The notes: generated from the letters alone by a model not told the origin. A stretch of 64,000 bases of DNA from an uncultured Acidimicrobiaceae bacterium (GCA_963741995.1 CAVUKI010000003.1:220889-284888); one strand, 5' to 3'. Positions 10,670-19,378 are shown, numbered from the stretch's first letter. Made by a program: numbers and translations.

Positions 10670-10700
10670 CAACACCGGCCCGCTTGGCGGGCCGGTGTTG
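10670..10700. terminator. bidirectional stem-loop between convergent genes
   Basis: Perfect 14-bp stem CAACACCGGCCCGC / GCGGGCCGGTGTTG with a 3-nt loop, lying between the permease stop and the membrane-protein stop. Confidence 0.6.
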
Positions 10701-10725
10701 GCTCCTCACTGGGAAGGGTTGCGGG

Positions 10726-11340
10726 TTAAGCGGTGACGAGCGTCCCCTTTGGGGTGTGGCTGGGGAGAAGCTCTTCGCTGTCGTCGGTCCGCCGGGCGTG
10801 GGCGAAGCCGAGGCCGACCAACACTGCCATGATGCCAGCGAGGCAGAAGGCTCCAATCGCACACCACAAGGCGATGTCGGCGATCAGGCTGTACCCGTAG
10901 GCCTCGAGAAGCAGACCTCGAAGCGTCGTGCCCTGGAAGACCGTCTGGACCTTGGCCTCTGCGGCCGTGTAGGCCGGCGAACCCTTGGGCAGGGCCATCG
11001 CCGCCGCGCTCAGCTCGGAGTAGGTCTTGCCGCCACCGATCTCACCGAGATGCACGTTGATGAAGTCGTTGGCGTAGACCTGGGCCTGCTGACCCGTGAC
11101 GAGCTGCTGCCCGGCGTACTGCGAGACCGAGGGGATCATCGACTTGGTGATCTCTTGTCCGTCAGGGTGGGCGAACGCCGCCGCCGAGGGAAACGTGATC
11201 TGCTGCTCAGCGAGCTGGGTGTGCACGTAGTTGTTGGCGAAGCTGTAGCCGAACATCAGCAAGGCGCCGGCCACAGCCAGCACGATCACCACGACCACTC
11301 CACCGACACTGGCCACCTTGTCGAAAACGTTGCGTCGCAT
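10726..11340 (-). CDS. hypothetical membrane protein (2 TM, ~130-aa external domain), repeat copy A
   Basis: Start at ATG 11340 with AAGGAGA 7 nt upstream. N-terminal TM VGGVVVVIVLAVAGALLMF and a C-terminal TM. No family recognised. Confidence 0.7.
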   Translation of the reverse strand: MRRNVFDKVASVGGVVVVIVLAVAGALLMFGYSFANNYVHTQLAEQQITFPSAAAFAHPDGQEITKSMIPSVSQYAGQQLVTGQQAQVYANDFINVHLGEIGGGKTYSELSAAAMALPKGSPAYTAAEAKVQTVFQGTTLRGLLLEAYGYSLIADIALWCAIGAFCLAGIMAVLVGLGFAHARRTDDSEELLPSHTPKGTLVTA

Positions 11341-11441
11341 CTGTCGGTCTCCTTGTTCGTGATCCCTCCCAGTGAGGAGATCTGTTCCCATCGTCGCTGC
11401 CCGCGGCCTCGCTGAGATGAGCGCAAAGGTCCTTTGGGCTA

Positions 11442-11455
11442 GGGAGGAAGGTCCC
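11442..11455. promoter_or_regulatory. DosR-like box GGGAGGAAGGTCCC (copy A)
   Basis: Lies in the divergent intergenic region between the membrane protein (-) and the 110-aa ORF (+). Matches the recurrent GGGAC-N4-GTCCC palindrome. Confidence 0.5.
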
Positions 11456-11539
11456 GTGCGTCACCTGCTCCAGGGATCCAGGCCTGAATGGGACGATCTT
11501 CCCTAGCTGGCGCCCTTCGACGACGTACAGACTGGAGAC

Positions 11540-11872
11540 GTGAGCATGTACGTCACGCTTCTCTCGGGCGCCTTGGACCTCTGGGACACAGACCTCGACG
11601 ACGACGCTCTGCTCGACTACGTCCGCGAGTGCCGGGCCTCGCTGCCCGCCCACGACCTCGGGGCAGGGGTCTGGTCGGAGACGGCCGTGGTGGCCGAGAT
11701 TTCCTACGACCGCTCGCTCGTCTGCCTGGCTGCTCGCCGCGGTATTGACGTGACGCCGGAGAACTTCGTCCATCCCAAGATCGAGCGGGAACGCCTGGAG
11801 TTCGAGCTCTTCCGTCTCGGTGTTCACCTCGCAGGCGCGACGAGCGCCCCGATCGACCCCGAAGACCCTTAG
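11540..11872 (+). CDS. hypothetical acidic 110-aa protein, repeat copy A
   Basis: ATG preceded by GGAGAC. Identical to 36343..36675. No family recognised. Confidence 0.55.
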   Translation: MSMYVTLLSGALDLWDTDLDDDALLDYVRECRASLPAHDLGAGVWSETAVVAEISYDRSLVCLAARRGIDVTPENFVHPKIERERLEFELFRLGVHLAGATSAPIDPEDP

Positions 11873-12338
11873 CCCTGCCCTTTCAGAGGAACATCGTCTC
11901 GTTAGCCCATTGCTTCGCTGTGCTCCTGCCGCGGGAGGACAGGTCACTCGCTTTGCACGTCCTCAAGGCGAGAAGCGAGCGCCCCGACACCGGCACAGTG
12001 CTCCGTCCAAGACTGTTGATCACCCCTGCTGATTTCGCGCCAAACCGAGTCTTCTGGTCACGCCTAAGTGCTCGAAGACGGGGGAGTTCTCCAGAACCGA
12101 CAGAGCGGGCTGAAAGCAGGCTGCTCTTAGGGTGAACACCTGGTTCTCCCTTGGAAGAAACCAGATTGCCGGCCACGACGTCCCCAAAGCGGCCGATCGG
12201 TGTCCTGAGCCTGGAAGGTGGTTTTTTCCTCTAGGACCACCGTGCAGTTGAAGATCATGCTCCCCGTACGTCGCGCCTTGTGACCGCGAATGGCGATTGG
12301 CATCGATCTCGTAGCGTCATAGAGGAGTGCAGGGAGGA

Positions 12339-13001
12339 CTAGCGCGCCGGGGCTTCCGGCGCACGCCTTTCCGCCTTCAGTTTGGTGGCATAAATCGCAG
12401 CCTCGGTACGACTTGACATCTCGAGCTTGCGCAACAGACCCGTGATGTAGTTCTTCACCGTGTGCTCGGCGAGGAACATGGATTCTGCAATCTGTCGGTT
12501 GGTCTGCCCTTCGGCAATGAGGTCGAGAATCCGTCGTTCCTGCGGCGTCAGGGCTTGGAGCTCGGGGTCTGGTTTTGGTGGGCTGGAGATACGTTCAACG
12601 ACTCGTGCCACGGTTTTGGGATCGAGCAGGCTCTCGCCGGCCGCGACCCGACGGACGTCGTTGATGAGATCGCGGGCTTTGATCTGTTTGAGAACGTAGC
12701 CGGCCGCTCCGGCCATCACACTGGCGAAGAGCGCTTCGTCGTCGGCGAAGCTTGTGAGCATCAAGCAGTTCAGCTCTGGCATCGACGATCGTGCGTCTCG
12801 GCAGACCTCGATACCGCTGCCATCTTCGAGGCGAACGTCGAGGATGGCAACGTCGGGTTGGGCCAGAGGGATCCGTTCCAGCGCCTCGGCCGCCGTGGCC
12901 GCCTGACCGACGACTTTGATGTCGTCGTCGGATTCGAGAAGGACGCGAATTCCTTCCCGGACCACCTCATGGTCGTCGAGGAGGAAGATGCGGATGGTCA
13001 T
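12339..13001 (-). CDS. DosR/DevR-like NarL-family response regulator (orphan copy)
   Basis: REC domain (LLDDHEVVREG..DVAILDVRLEDGSGIE) plus LuxR HTH (LTPQERRILDLIAEGQTNRQIAESMFLAEHTVKNYI). Collinear with M. tuberculosis DosR as I recall it. Confidence 0.85.
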   Translation of the reverse strand: MTIRIFLLDDHEVVREGIRVLLESDDDIKVVGQAATAAEALERIPLAQPDVAILDVRLEDGSGIEVCRDARSSMPELNCLMLTSFADDEALFASVMAGAAGYVLKQIKARDLINDVRRVAAGESLLDPKTVARVVERISSPPKPDPELQALTPQERRILDLIAEGQTNRQIAESMFLAEHTVKNYITGLLRKLEMSSRTEAAIYATKLKAERRAPEAPAR

Positions 13002-13093
13002 CCAACCATTGTGCCAGCGCCGGCCACCCCGAGCGTTTACTTCCGGTTTCGCCGCCGCTCTGCGTCCCCGTCGCCCCCGATACGATCGGGATC

Positions 13094-13170
13094 GTGCGCC
13101 ATCCCAGGATCGGCGTTCCTGAGAAGCTGGGACGTCTGATGGGCGCCGTGCTCATGATCGAGGCCTCTAC
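13094..13170 (+). pseudogene. vestigial 5' end of a DevS-like sensor kinase gene
   Basis: Translation VRHPRIGVPEKLGRLMGAVLMIEAS aligns with the N-terminus of kinase 37379..38506 (PYTRVNDPEKLRRLMAAVLMITAN). It sits in the same divergent position relative to its RR. The frame stops at 13235. Confidence 0.5.
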
Positions 13171-13369
13171 CGCGTTCGCGGTCTTGGGACAGTCGAGGTA
13201 TTCCACTCTCGAAGGGGAGTGTCGCCGATATGGATGAAATCCGAGGGTTCAGGACATGCCGGGGGCAGTGGTCCTCTGCAACGCTTGCTTGGCCGCGGTC
13301 GTGGCGGGTTTTCTCTTCTGGCACTGTCGCGAATTACGCACTGAGCGCCGCTGGCTGGAAGACCATCGT

Positions 13370-13615
13370 CTCCACCCAAACTCCGCCGCCCTAGCAGCTC
13401 GAAAGGCGTTTCCGTGGCGATGCGAGGTGTGGTTCCACCTGCCATGGCACCATCTCAACGAACTCGATGGTTTCTACGCGCCGGGGTGGCGGCAACTGAC
13501 CGCGATAGCCATGCCGAAACCTTCCTTCTCTGCGGCCCGTCGAGCTGTCGGGGCTGGCCTCGAGGCCATGACAACCCTGCAGCCGGAGGGGCAAGGTGTG
13601 GCCATCTGCCGAGGA
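13370..13615 (+). pseudogene. remnant of an HDAC/AcuC-family deacetylase gene
   Basis: HHLNELDGF..SFSAARRAVGAGLEAMTTLQPEGQGVA aligns with KYLDELDRF..SFSAARRAVGAGLEAIATLELKGEGVA of 28826..29845. The catalytic PPGHHA and DWDVHHGNG regions are missing. Confidence 0.6.
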
Positions 13616-13664
13616 TTGTCCGAAGGTCTGGCCGGAACCACCAGGTCCCTGGCCGGAACCTTGG

Positions 13665-14678
13665 TCATCTCTCCACAGGGCGGCCGATCACCGTGGCCAG
13701 GTCGACGAGGCGGCTCGAGTAGCCGGTCTCATTGTCGTACCAGCCGAGCACCTTCACCAGGTGGCCGTTCGCCATGGTCAGTTTCGAGTCGAAGATGCAC
13801 GAGGCCGAGGAGCCGACGATGTCGCTCGACACCAGGTCGTCTTCGGAGTACTCCAGCAGGCCCGTAAGCCGGCCCACCTCGGCAGCTTCCCGGTAGGCGC
13901 CGCAGATCTCGTCGACCGTCGGCGTCACCCGCAGCGTGGCGACAAGGTCGGTGATGGAACCGTCCGGGATCGGGACCCGGAGCGAGAGGCCGTCGAGCCG
14001 ACCCGCCACGTCGGGCAGCACCAGGCCGGTCGCCCGGGCGGCGCCCGTCGTCGTGGGCACGATGTTGATGGCGGCCCCCCGTGCGCGCCGCGGGTCCTTG
14101 TGCAGAGCGTCGACAAGGTGCTGGTCGTCGGTGTAGGCGTGCACCGTGGTCATGAAGCCCTGCTCCATTCCGAAGGCGTCATCGAGCACCTTGGCCAGCA
14201 CCGCCAGGCAGTTCGTGGTGCACGACGCGTTGGAGACGACGAAGTCGTGCGACGGATCGAAGGTGTCCTCGTTGACGCCAACGACGAAAGTGGCGTCGAC
14301 ATCCTTGGCCGGCGCGGAGATGATCACCCGGTGCGCCCCCGCCTCGATGTGGGCCGCTGCCTTGTCACGGGTGGTCAGCCGACCCGTGCTCTCGACCACG
14401 ACGTCAATGCCCAGCTCCCGCCAGGGCAACTGCTCGGGGTGGGGCTCCATCAACATCGTGACGGGCGAGGAGCCCACCATCATGGTGTCGTGCTCGACGG
14501 AGACCGGCAGGGGCAGGTGCCCATGGACCGAGTCCCGCGCCAGCAACCGGGCGAGTGCCTCGGGGTCGCCGAGGTCGTTCACCGCGGCCACCTCGACGTC
14601 ATGGGGCGACTTGAGCGCGGCCCGAAGGAAGGCCCGCCCGGTCCGGCCGAACCCGTTGATTGCGACTCTGACAGCCAT
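13665..14678 (-). CDS. gap: type I glyceraldehyde-3-phosphate dehydrogenase
   Basis: 337 aa. INGFGRTGR NAD-binding motif and catalytic SNASCTTNCLA. Confidence 0.9.
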   Translation of the reverse strand: MAVRVAINGFGRTGRAFLRAALKSPHDVEVAAVNDLGDPEALARLLARDSVHGHLPLPVSVEHDTMMVGSSPVTMLMEPHPEQLPWRELGIDVVVESTGRLTTRDKAAAHIEAGAHRVIISAPAKDVDATFVVGVNEDTFDPSHDFVVSNASCTTNCLAVLAKVLDDAFGMEQGFMTTVHAYTDDQHLVDALHKDPRRARGAAINIVPTTTGAARATGLVLPDVAGRLDGLSLRVPIPDGSITDLVATLRVTPTVDEICGAYREAAEVGRLTGLLEYSEDDLVSSDIVGSSASCIFDSKLTMANGHLVKVLGWYDNETGYSSRLVDLATVIGRPVER

Positions 14679-14754
14679 GGCGACATCTCCATTGCTCGGA
14701 GGGAACCACGTGGCCCCTCCTTGCGATGGTCACATCGGGACGGACCGTGCGGTA

Positions 14755-14768
14755 GGGACCAAAGTCCC
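14755..14768. promoter_or_regulatory. DosR-like box GGGACCAAAGTCCC
   Basis: Near-perfect palindrome 77-90 nt upstream of the gap start, in the gap/por divergent region. Confidence 0.6.
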
Positions 14769-14837
14769 CGATCAGCCCCCCGAGAAACGCGTTACCACAT
14801 GGAAAGGACTTACGTCACCCCGAACGGGGCAGCCGCA

Positions 14838-14851
14838 GGGACCTTTGTCTC
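14838..14851. promoter_or_regulatory. DosR-like box GGGACCTTTGTCTC
   Basis: One mismatch to the palindrome. Lies 36-49 nt upstream of the porG ATG at 14887. Confidence 0.5.
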
Positions 14852-14886
14852 TATTCCCCCGGAGAGGGGAGCGGCACGCTGGAACT

Positions 14887-15495
14887 ATGTTCGCAGTGCG
14901 CTTCCATGGCCGAGGTGGGCAGGGGGCCGTGACCGCCGCCGACCTGTTGGCCCTTGCCGCGTTCGAGGAGGACCGGCACGCGCAGTCGTTCCCGAGTTTC
15001 GGGTCCGAGCGCATGGGCGCACCGGTGGTCGCGTACTGCCGTCTCGACGAGCGCGAGATACGAACGCGTGAACCGGTGGTGGCACCGGACTGCCTGATCG
15101 TCATCGACCCGACCCTGGTCCACCAGGTCGACCTCTTCGCCGGACTCGGTCCCGACGGCTATGTGCTCGTCAACTCCACCCGGACGCCGGACGAGCTCGG
15201 GCTGGGGGCCTTGGCGGATCGCTTCCGGCCCGGCCGCCTCCTCACGGTCCCAGCCACCGAGGTGGCACAGCGCCAGATCGGCCGGCCCCTCCCCAATGCT
15301 GGGCTGCTCGGGAGCTTCGCCGCCCTGACGGCGGAGGTCACCATCGGCGCTGTCAGCTCAGCCATCCGGGAGCGGTTCAGCCGGAACCCGTCGGTGGCGG
15401 AGTGCAACGTCGCAGCCGCCGCCGAGCTGTTCCACCTGGCTCGCCAGCTCATGGCGGCCAACGGAAGGGCGGTGCTCAGTGCTCTGGCAACTTGA
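14887..15495 (+). CDS. porG: pyruvate/2-oxoacid:ferredoxin oxidoreductase gamma subunit
   Basis: N-terminus MFAVRFHGRGGQGAVTAADLLA is typical of POR gamma subunits. The ATG is in frame within the longer ORF 14146..15495. Confidence 0.85.
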   Translation: MFAVRFHGRGGQGAVTAADLLALAAFEEDRHAQSFPSFGSERMGAPVVAYCRLDEREIRTREPVVAPDCLIVIDPTLVHQVDLFAGLGPDGYVLVNSTRTPDELGLGALADRFRPGRLLTVPATEVAQRQIGRPLPNAGLLGSFAALTAEVTIGAVSSAIRERFSRNPSVAECNVAAAAELFHLARQLMAANGRAVLSALAT

Positions 15496-16732
15496 GGGCT
15501 CGCGGGCCGTCGCGGAGACGGTCGCGCTGTGCCGGCCCGAGGTGGTGTGCGCCTATCCCATTTCGCCGCAGACACACATCATTGAGGCGCTGGGCGAGCT
15601 GGTGAAGACGGGTGAGCTGGCGCCCTGTGAGTTCATCAACGTGGAGTCGGAGTTCGCCGCGATGTCGGTCGCCATCGGGGCCTCCGCCGCGGGGGCACGC
15701 GCCTTCACCGCCACAGCCAGCCAGGGCCTTCTGTTCATGATGGAGGCCGTCTACAACGCCAGCGGGCTCGGGTTCCCCATCGTCATGACGCTGGCCAACC
15801 GCGCTGTCGGCGCCCCCATCAACATCTGGAACGACCATAGCGATGCCATGGCGGCGCGCGACGCAGGCTGGGTCCAGCTGTTTGCTGAGACGGTCCAGGA
15901 GGCCGTCGACTTGCACATCCAGGCGTTCCGCCTGGCCGAGGAGGTGTCCGTCCCGGTCATGGTCTGCATGGACGGGTTCATCCTGACCCACGCCACCGAG
16001 CGGGTGGATCTGCCCAGCCAGGAGCAGGTAGACGGGTTCCTGCCGCCCTACGACCCGCGCCAGGTCCTCGACCCCGCTGACCCGTACTCCATCGGTGCCA
16101 TGGTGGGGCCCGAGGCGTTCGAGGAAGTGCGCTACCTGGCGCACGCCCGCCAGCTCACGGCGCTGGGCCGCATCGGCGAGCTGGGCGCGGAGTTCGCCGA
16201 AGCCTTCGGGCGCGACTCGGGTGGCCTGGTGCACCCCTATCGGAGTGCAGACGCCGACGTGGTGGTCGTGGCCATGGGTTCGGTCCTGGGGACGATCAAG
16301 GACGTCGTGGATGCGCAGCGGGCCGCCGGGCACCGGATCGGCGCGGTCGGCATCACCTCGTTCCGGCCCTTCCCGATCGATGCCGTCCGGAACGCTCTCC
16401 AGGGTGCCCGGCAGGTCGTCGTCGTCGAGAAGGCCATCAGCGTGGGCTTCGGCGGGGTGCTCTCGACGGACGTGGCCATGACGCTCACCGGGCTGCCGGT
16501 TCCGGTGGCCACCGTGGTGGCGGGACTGGGCGGCCGATCGATCACCAAATCCTCGCTCGGAAGGGTCTTCGAGGCGGCAGACCGCGGCGAGCTCGGGCGC
16601 CTCACGTTCCTCGACCTCAACATGGGCTTGGTCGAACGCGAGCTCGAGCGCATGGCTCTGCACCGGCGCTCCGGCCCCACAGCCGAGAACATGCTGCGTG
16701 ATCTCGGCACCGTCGCCTCGGGGATCGGCTGA
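15479..16732 (+). CDS. porA: pyruvate/2-oxoacid:ferredoxin oxidoreductase alpha subunit
   Basis: 417 aa. GSRAVAETVALCRPEVVCAYPISPQT is typical of the POR alpha N-terminus. Overlaps the porG stop. Confidence 0.9.
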   Translation: MLWQLEGSRAVAETVALCRPEVVCAYPISPQTHIIEALGELVKTGELAPCEFINVESEFAAMSVAIGASAAGARAFTATASQGLLFMMEAVYNASGLGFPIVMTLANRAVGAPINIWNDHSDAMAARDAGWVQLFAETVQEAVDLHIQAFRLAEEVSVPVMVCMDGFILTHATERVDLPSQEQVDGFLPPYDPRQVLDPADPYSIGAMVGPEAFEEVRYLAHARQLTALGRIGELGAEFAEAFGRDSGGLVHPYRSADADVVVVAMGSVLGTIKDVVDAQRAAGHRIGAVGITSFRPFPIDAVRNALQGARQVVVVEKAISVGFGGVLSTDVAMTLTGLPVPVATVVAGLGGRSITKSSLGRVFEAADRGELGRLTFLDLNMGLVERELERMALHRRSGPTAENMLRDLGTVASGIG

Positions 16733-16735
16733 ACG

Positions 16736-17746
16736 GTGGCCGTCCGCTTTTACCAGGTCGGGAGCTTCGCGGTCGGCAACCGGTTGGTGAGCCGCGCCGA
16801 CCGCACCGTGCAGTCCGGCCCCGAGCGCGCCAACTCGCTGACCTCGGGCCACCGGGCCTGCCAGGGCTGTGGCGAGGCGCTCGGCGCCCGCTACGCCATC
16901 GATGCGGCCATGCGCGCCACCGGCAGCCGCATGGTGGCCGTCAACGCCACCGGCTGCCTCGAGGTGTTCTCGACGCCCTACCCCGAGACGTCGTGGCAGA
17001 TCGCGTGGTTGCACTCCTTGTTCGGGAACGCGCCCGCGGTGGCGACCGGGGTCGCGGCGGCGCTGCGCGTCAAGGGTCTCGGCGACACGAGGGTGATCGC
17101 GCAAGCCGGCGACGGCGGCACGGTGGACATCGGCTTCGGCTGCCTCTCGGGCATGTTCGAGCGCAACGACGACGTCCTGTTCATCTGTTACGACAACGAG
17201 GCCTACATGAACACCGGCGTGCAGCGGTCGGGGGCGACGCCGCCGGCAGCGCGCACGGCCACGACCGAGGCGGTCGGCCCCAATCCCGGGAACCCCTTCG
17301 GTCAGGGCAAGAACCTCCCGGAGCTGGCGATGGCGCACGGGATCCCCTACGTGGCGACGGCCACGGTGGCCGACCTGCACGACCTCGAGGACAAGGTCAC
17401 CCGGGCCATGGAGATCCACGGAGCCCGTTACATCCACATCCTGGTGACCTGCCCGCTCGGCTGGGGCTCCGTCCCGTCCGACACCGTGAAGGTGGCGCGG
17501 CTCGCGAGCCAGACGGGCCTCTTCCCGGTCTTCGAGGCGGAGCACGGCGAGGTCGTGCGCACGTCGACCATCCGGCGGCCGGCCCCGGTCGAGGAGTATC
17601 TCCGCCTGCAGGGCCGCTTCGCGCACCTCTTCGACGCGGAAGGGAACCCGGCCCGGCCCGACATCATCGCCGCCCTACAGGCGATGGCCGACCGCAACAT
17701 CGCGCGCTACGGCCTCCTCGAGCCCGTGGAGATGCCGGCCCCATGA
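16736..17746 (+). CDS. porB: pyruvate/2-oxoacid:ferredoxin oxidoreductase beta subunit (TPP-binding)
   Basis: 336 aa. GHRACQGCGE Cys motif and GDGG TPP-binding region. Confidence 0.9.
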   Translation: MAVRFYQVGSFAVGNRLVSRADRTVQSGPERANSLTSGHRACQGCGEALGARYAIDAAMRATGSRMVAVNATGCLEVFSTPYPETSWQIAWLHSLFGNAPAVATGVAAALRVKGLGDTRVIAQAGDGGTVDIGFGCLSGMFERNDDVLFICYDNEAYMNTGVQRSGATPPAARTATTEAVGPNPGNPFGQGKNLPELAMAHGIPYVATATVADLHDLEDKVTRAMEIHGARYIHILVTCPLGWGSVPSDTVKVARLASQTGLFPVFEAEHGEVVRTSTIRRPAPVEEYLRLQGRFAHLFDAEGNPARPDIIAALQAMADRNIARYGLLEPVEMPAP

Positions 17747-19371
17747 CGGTCAAGCCCTTCGCCATCACCCTCGAGGTCGGATCCAGCCTGGCCAACAAGA
17801 CGGGCACCTGGCGAGCCGAGCGGCCGGTGTACGTCGACCGCCTCCCCCCGTGCAGCAACGCCTGTCCGGCCGGCGAAAACATCCAGCAGTGGCTCTACCT
17901 GGCCGAAGACGGCTCCTACGAGGCGGCCTGGCGCCAGATCATGCGCGACAACCCGCTCCCCGCGGTCACGGGGCGAGCGTGCTTCCACCCATGCCAGACG
18001 GCCTGCAACAGAGCCGAAGTGGATGAGACGGTTGGGATCAACGCCATGGAGCGTTTCCTGGGCGACCGCGCCTTGAGTGAGGGATGGTCGCCGGAACCGG
18101 CGGGAGAGGTTACGGGTAAGCGGGTGCTGGTGGTGGGCTCCGGGCCGGGCGGCCTCTCGGCCGCCTACCACCTACGGCTCCTCGGGCACGCCGTCGTGAT
18201 CTATGAGTCGTCGCCGCTGCCCGGGGGGATGATGCGCTACGGCATCCCGTCCTACCGGTTGCCCCGGGCGGTCGTTGCAGGCGAGATCGAGCGGATTGCA
18301 TCCATGGGCGTCGACATCGTCTGCGGGCGGACGGTCGACGGCCTCGCGGCAACCATGAGGGACGAGGGATTCGATGCCGCCTTCCTCGCGGTGGGAGCGC
18401 AGCGGGGCAAGCACGCCGATATCCCCGCCGGAGACTCGGCTCGCATCCTCAACGCCGTGACGCTGCTGCACGACACCGAAGAGAGCGAGCCGCCCGTTCT
18501 CGGGCGCCGCGTGGTCATTTACGGCGGCGGCGACACCGCCATTGACGCAGCCCGCACGGCTCGGCGGCTCGGCGCCGAAGACGCCGTCGTCGTCTACCGG
18601 CGGACACGGGAGCGCATGCCGGCCAACGTCGAGGAGGTGCAGGACGCCGTCGACGAGGGCGTGCACCTCAAGTGGCTGTCGACCATCGTCGGCACGGGTG
18701 GCGAGTCTCTCAGCATCGAGCGGATGGAGCTCGATGCCGACGGCTTCCCTCAGCCAACCGGCGAGTTCGAGGAGCTGCGGGCGGACTCGGTGATCCTGGC
18801 GCTCGGGCAGGAGGCGGACCTGTCACTGCTCGGAGGGAACCCGGAGATCGCGGTGGCTGACGGGGTCGTCTCAGTGGGGGCCGACATGATGACGGCCCGG
18901 CCGGGCGTCTTCGCCGGCGGCGACATGGTGGCGGGCGCCCGCACCCTGACGGACGCCATCGGGCACGGCAAGCGGGCGGCGCGGGCCATCGATGCCTGGC
19001 TAGGCGGCCACATCCTCGAACGCCTGTCACGGCACGAGCTGGCGACGCCCGAACACCTCAACACCTGGTACTACGCCGATGCACCCCACGCAGTCCGTCC
19101 CCGCCTCGACGCCGCCCGCCGCACGTCGACCTTCGACGAGGTCGTCGGCGGCCTTGACGAGTCGACCGCGCTCTTCGAGGCGCGGCGCTGCATGTCCTGC
19201 GGCAACTGCTTCCAGTGCGACAACTGCTTCGGCGTCTGCCCCGACAACGCCGTGATGAAAGTCGACGAGGGGCACGGGTACCGTTTCGACTACGACTTCT
19301 GCAAGGGGTGCGGACTGTGCGTGCAGGAATGCCCCTGTGGCGCGATCGAGATGGTGCTCGAAGAAACCTGA
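17743..19371 (+). CDS. GltD-like NAD(P)H-dependent FAD oxidoreductase fused to a 2x[4Fe-4S] ferredoxin (PorD-like) domain
   Basis: ATGA overlap with porB. N-terminal Cys clusters, two dinucleotide folds (VVGSGPGGLSAA, IYGGGDTAIDAA) and a C-terminal CMSCGNCFQCDNC..CKGCGLCVQECP. Confidence 0.8.
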   Translation: MTVKPFAITLEVGSSLANKTGTWRAERPVYVDRLPPCSNACPAGENIQQWLYLAEDGSYEAAWRQIMRDNPLPAVTGRACFHPCQTACNRAEVDETVGINAMERFLGDRALSEGWSPEPAGEVTGKRVLVVGSGPGGLSAAYHLRLLGHAVVIYESSPLPGGMMRYGIPSYRLPRAVVAGEIERIASMGVDIVCGRTVDGLAATMRDEGFDAAFLAVGAQRGKHADIPAGDSARILNAVTLLHDTEESEPPVLGRRVVIYGGGDTAIDAARTARRLGAEDAVVVYRRTRERMPANVEEVQDAVDEGVHLKWLSTIVGTGGESLSIERMELDADGFPQPTGEFEELRADSVILALGQEADLSLLGGNPEIAVADGVVSVGADMMTARPGVFAGGDMVAGARTLTDAIGHGKRAARAIDAWLGGHILERLSRHELATPEHLNTWYYADAPHAVRPRLDAARRTSTFDEVVGGLDESTALFEARRCMSCGNCFQCDNCFGVCPDNAVMKVDEGHGYRFDYDFCKGCGLCVQECPCGAIEMVLEET

Positions 19372-19378
19372 GGCCCCA

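Larger units (their letters stand above)
10648..11886. repeat. 1.24-kb direct repeat, copy A (identical to 35445..36689 apart from a 6-bp indel)
   Basis: ORF translations in several frames are identical between the copies. Boundaries were read directly from the sequence (left TCGTCCTTTGGG, right CCCTTTCAG). Confidence 0.9.

Noticed and set aside
11425-11440. AGGTCCTTTGGGCT, adjacent to the box in the repeat, considered as a second operator.
   Set aside because: The half-site order is reversed relative to all the strong sites, and it has only a partial match.
11887-12338. The 452-nt spacer as a structured RNA gene (tmRNA, RNase P, SRP, 6S).
   Set aside because: None of the conserved sequence blocks I know for these RNAs is present. 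It is retained only as an unexplained region.
14146-14886. N-terminal extensions of listed ORFs: 14146..15495, 16993..19371, 21628..23076, 27963..28832, 42154..42981 and 59264..60466.
   Set aside because: The upstream parts overlap other well-supported genes or intergenic boxes and lack family similarity. In-frame internal starts with SD-like sequences or stop/start overlaps give products of canonical length.
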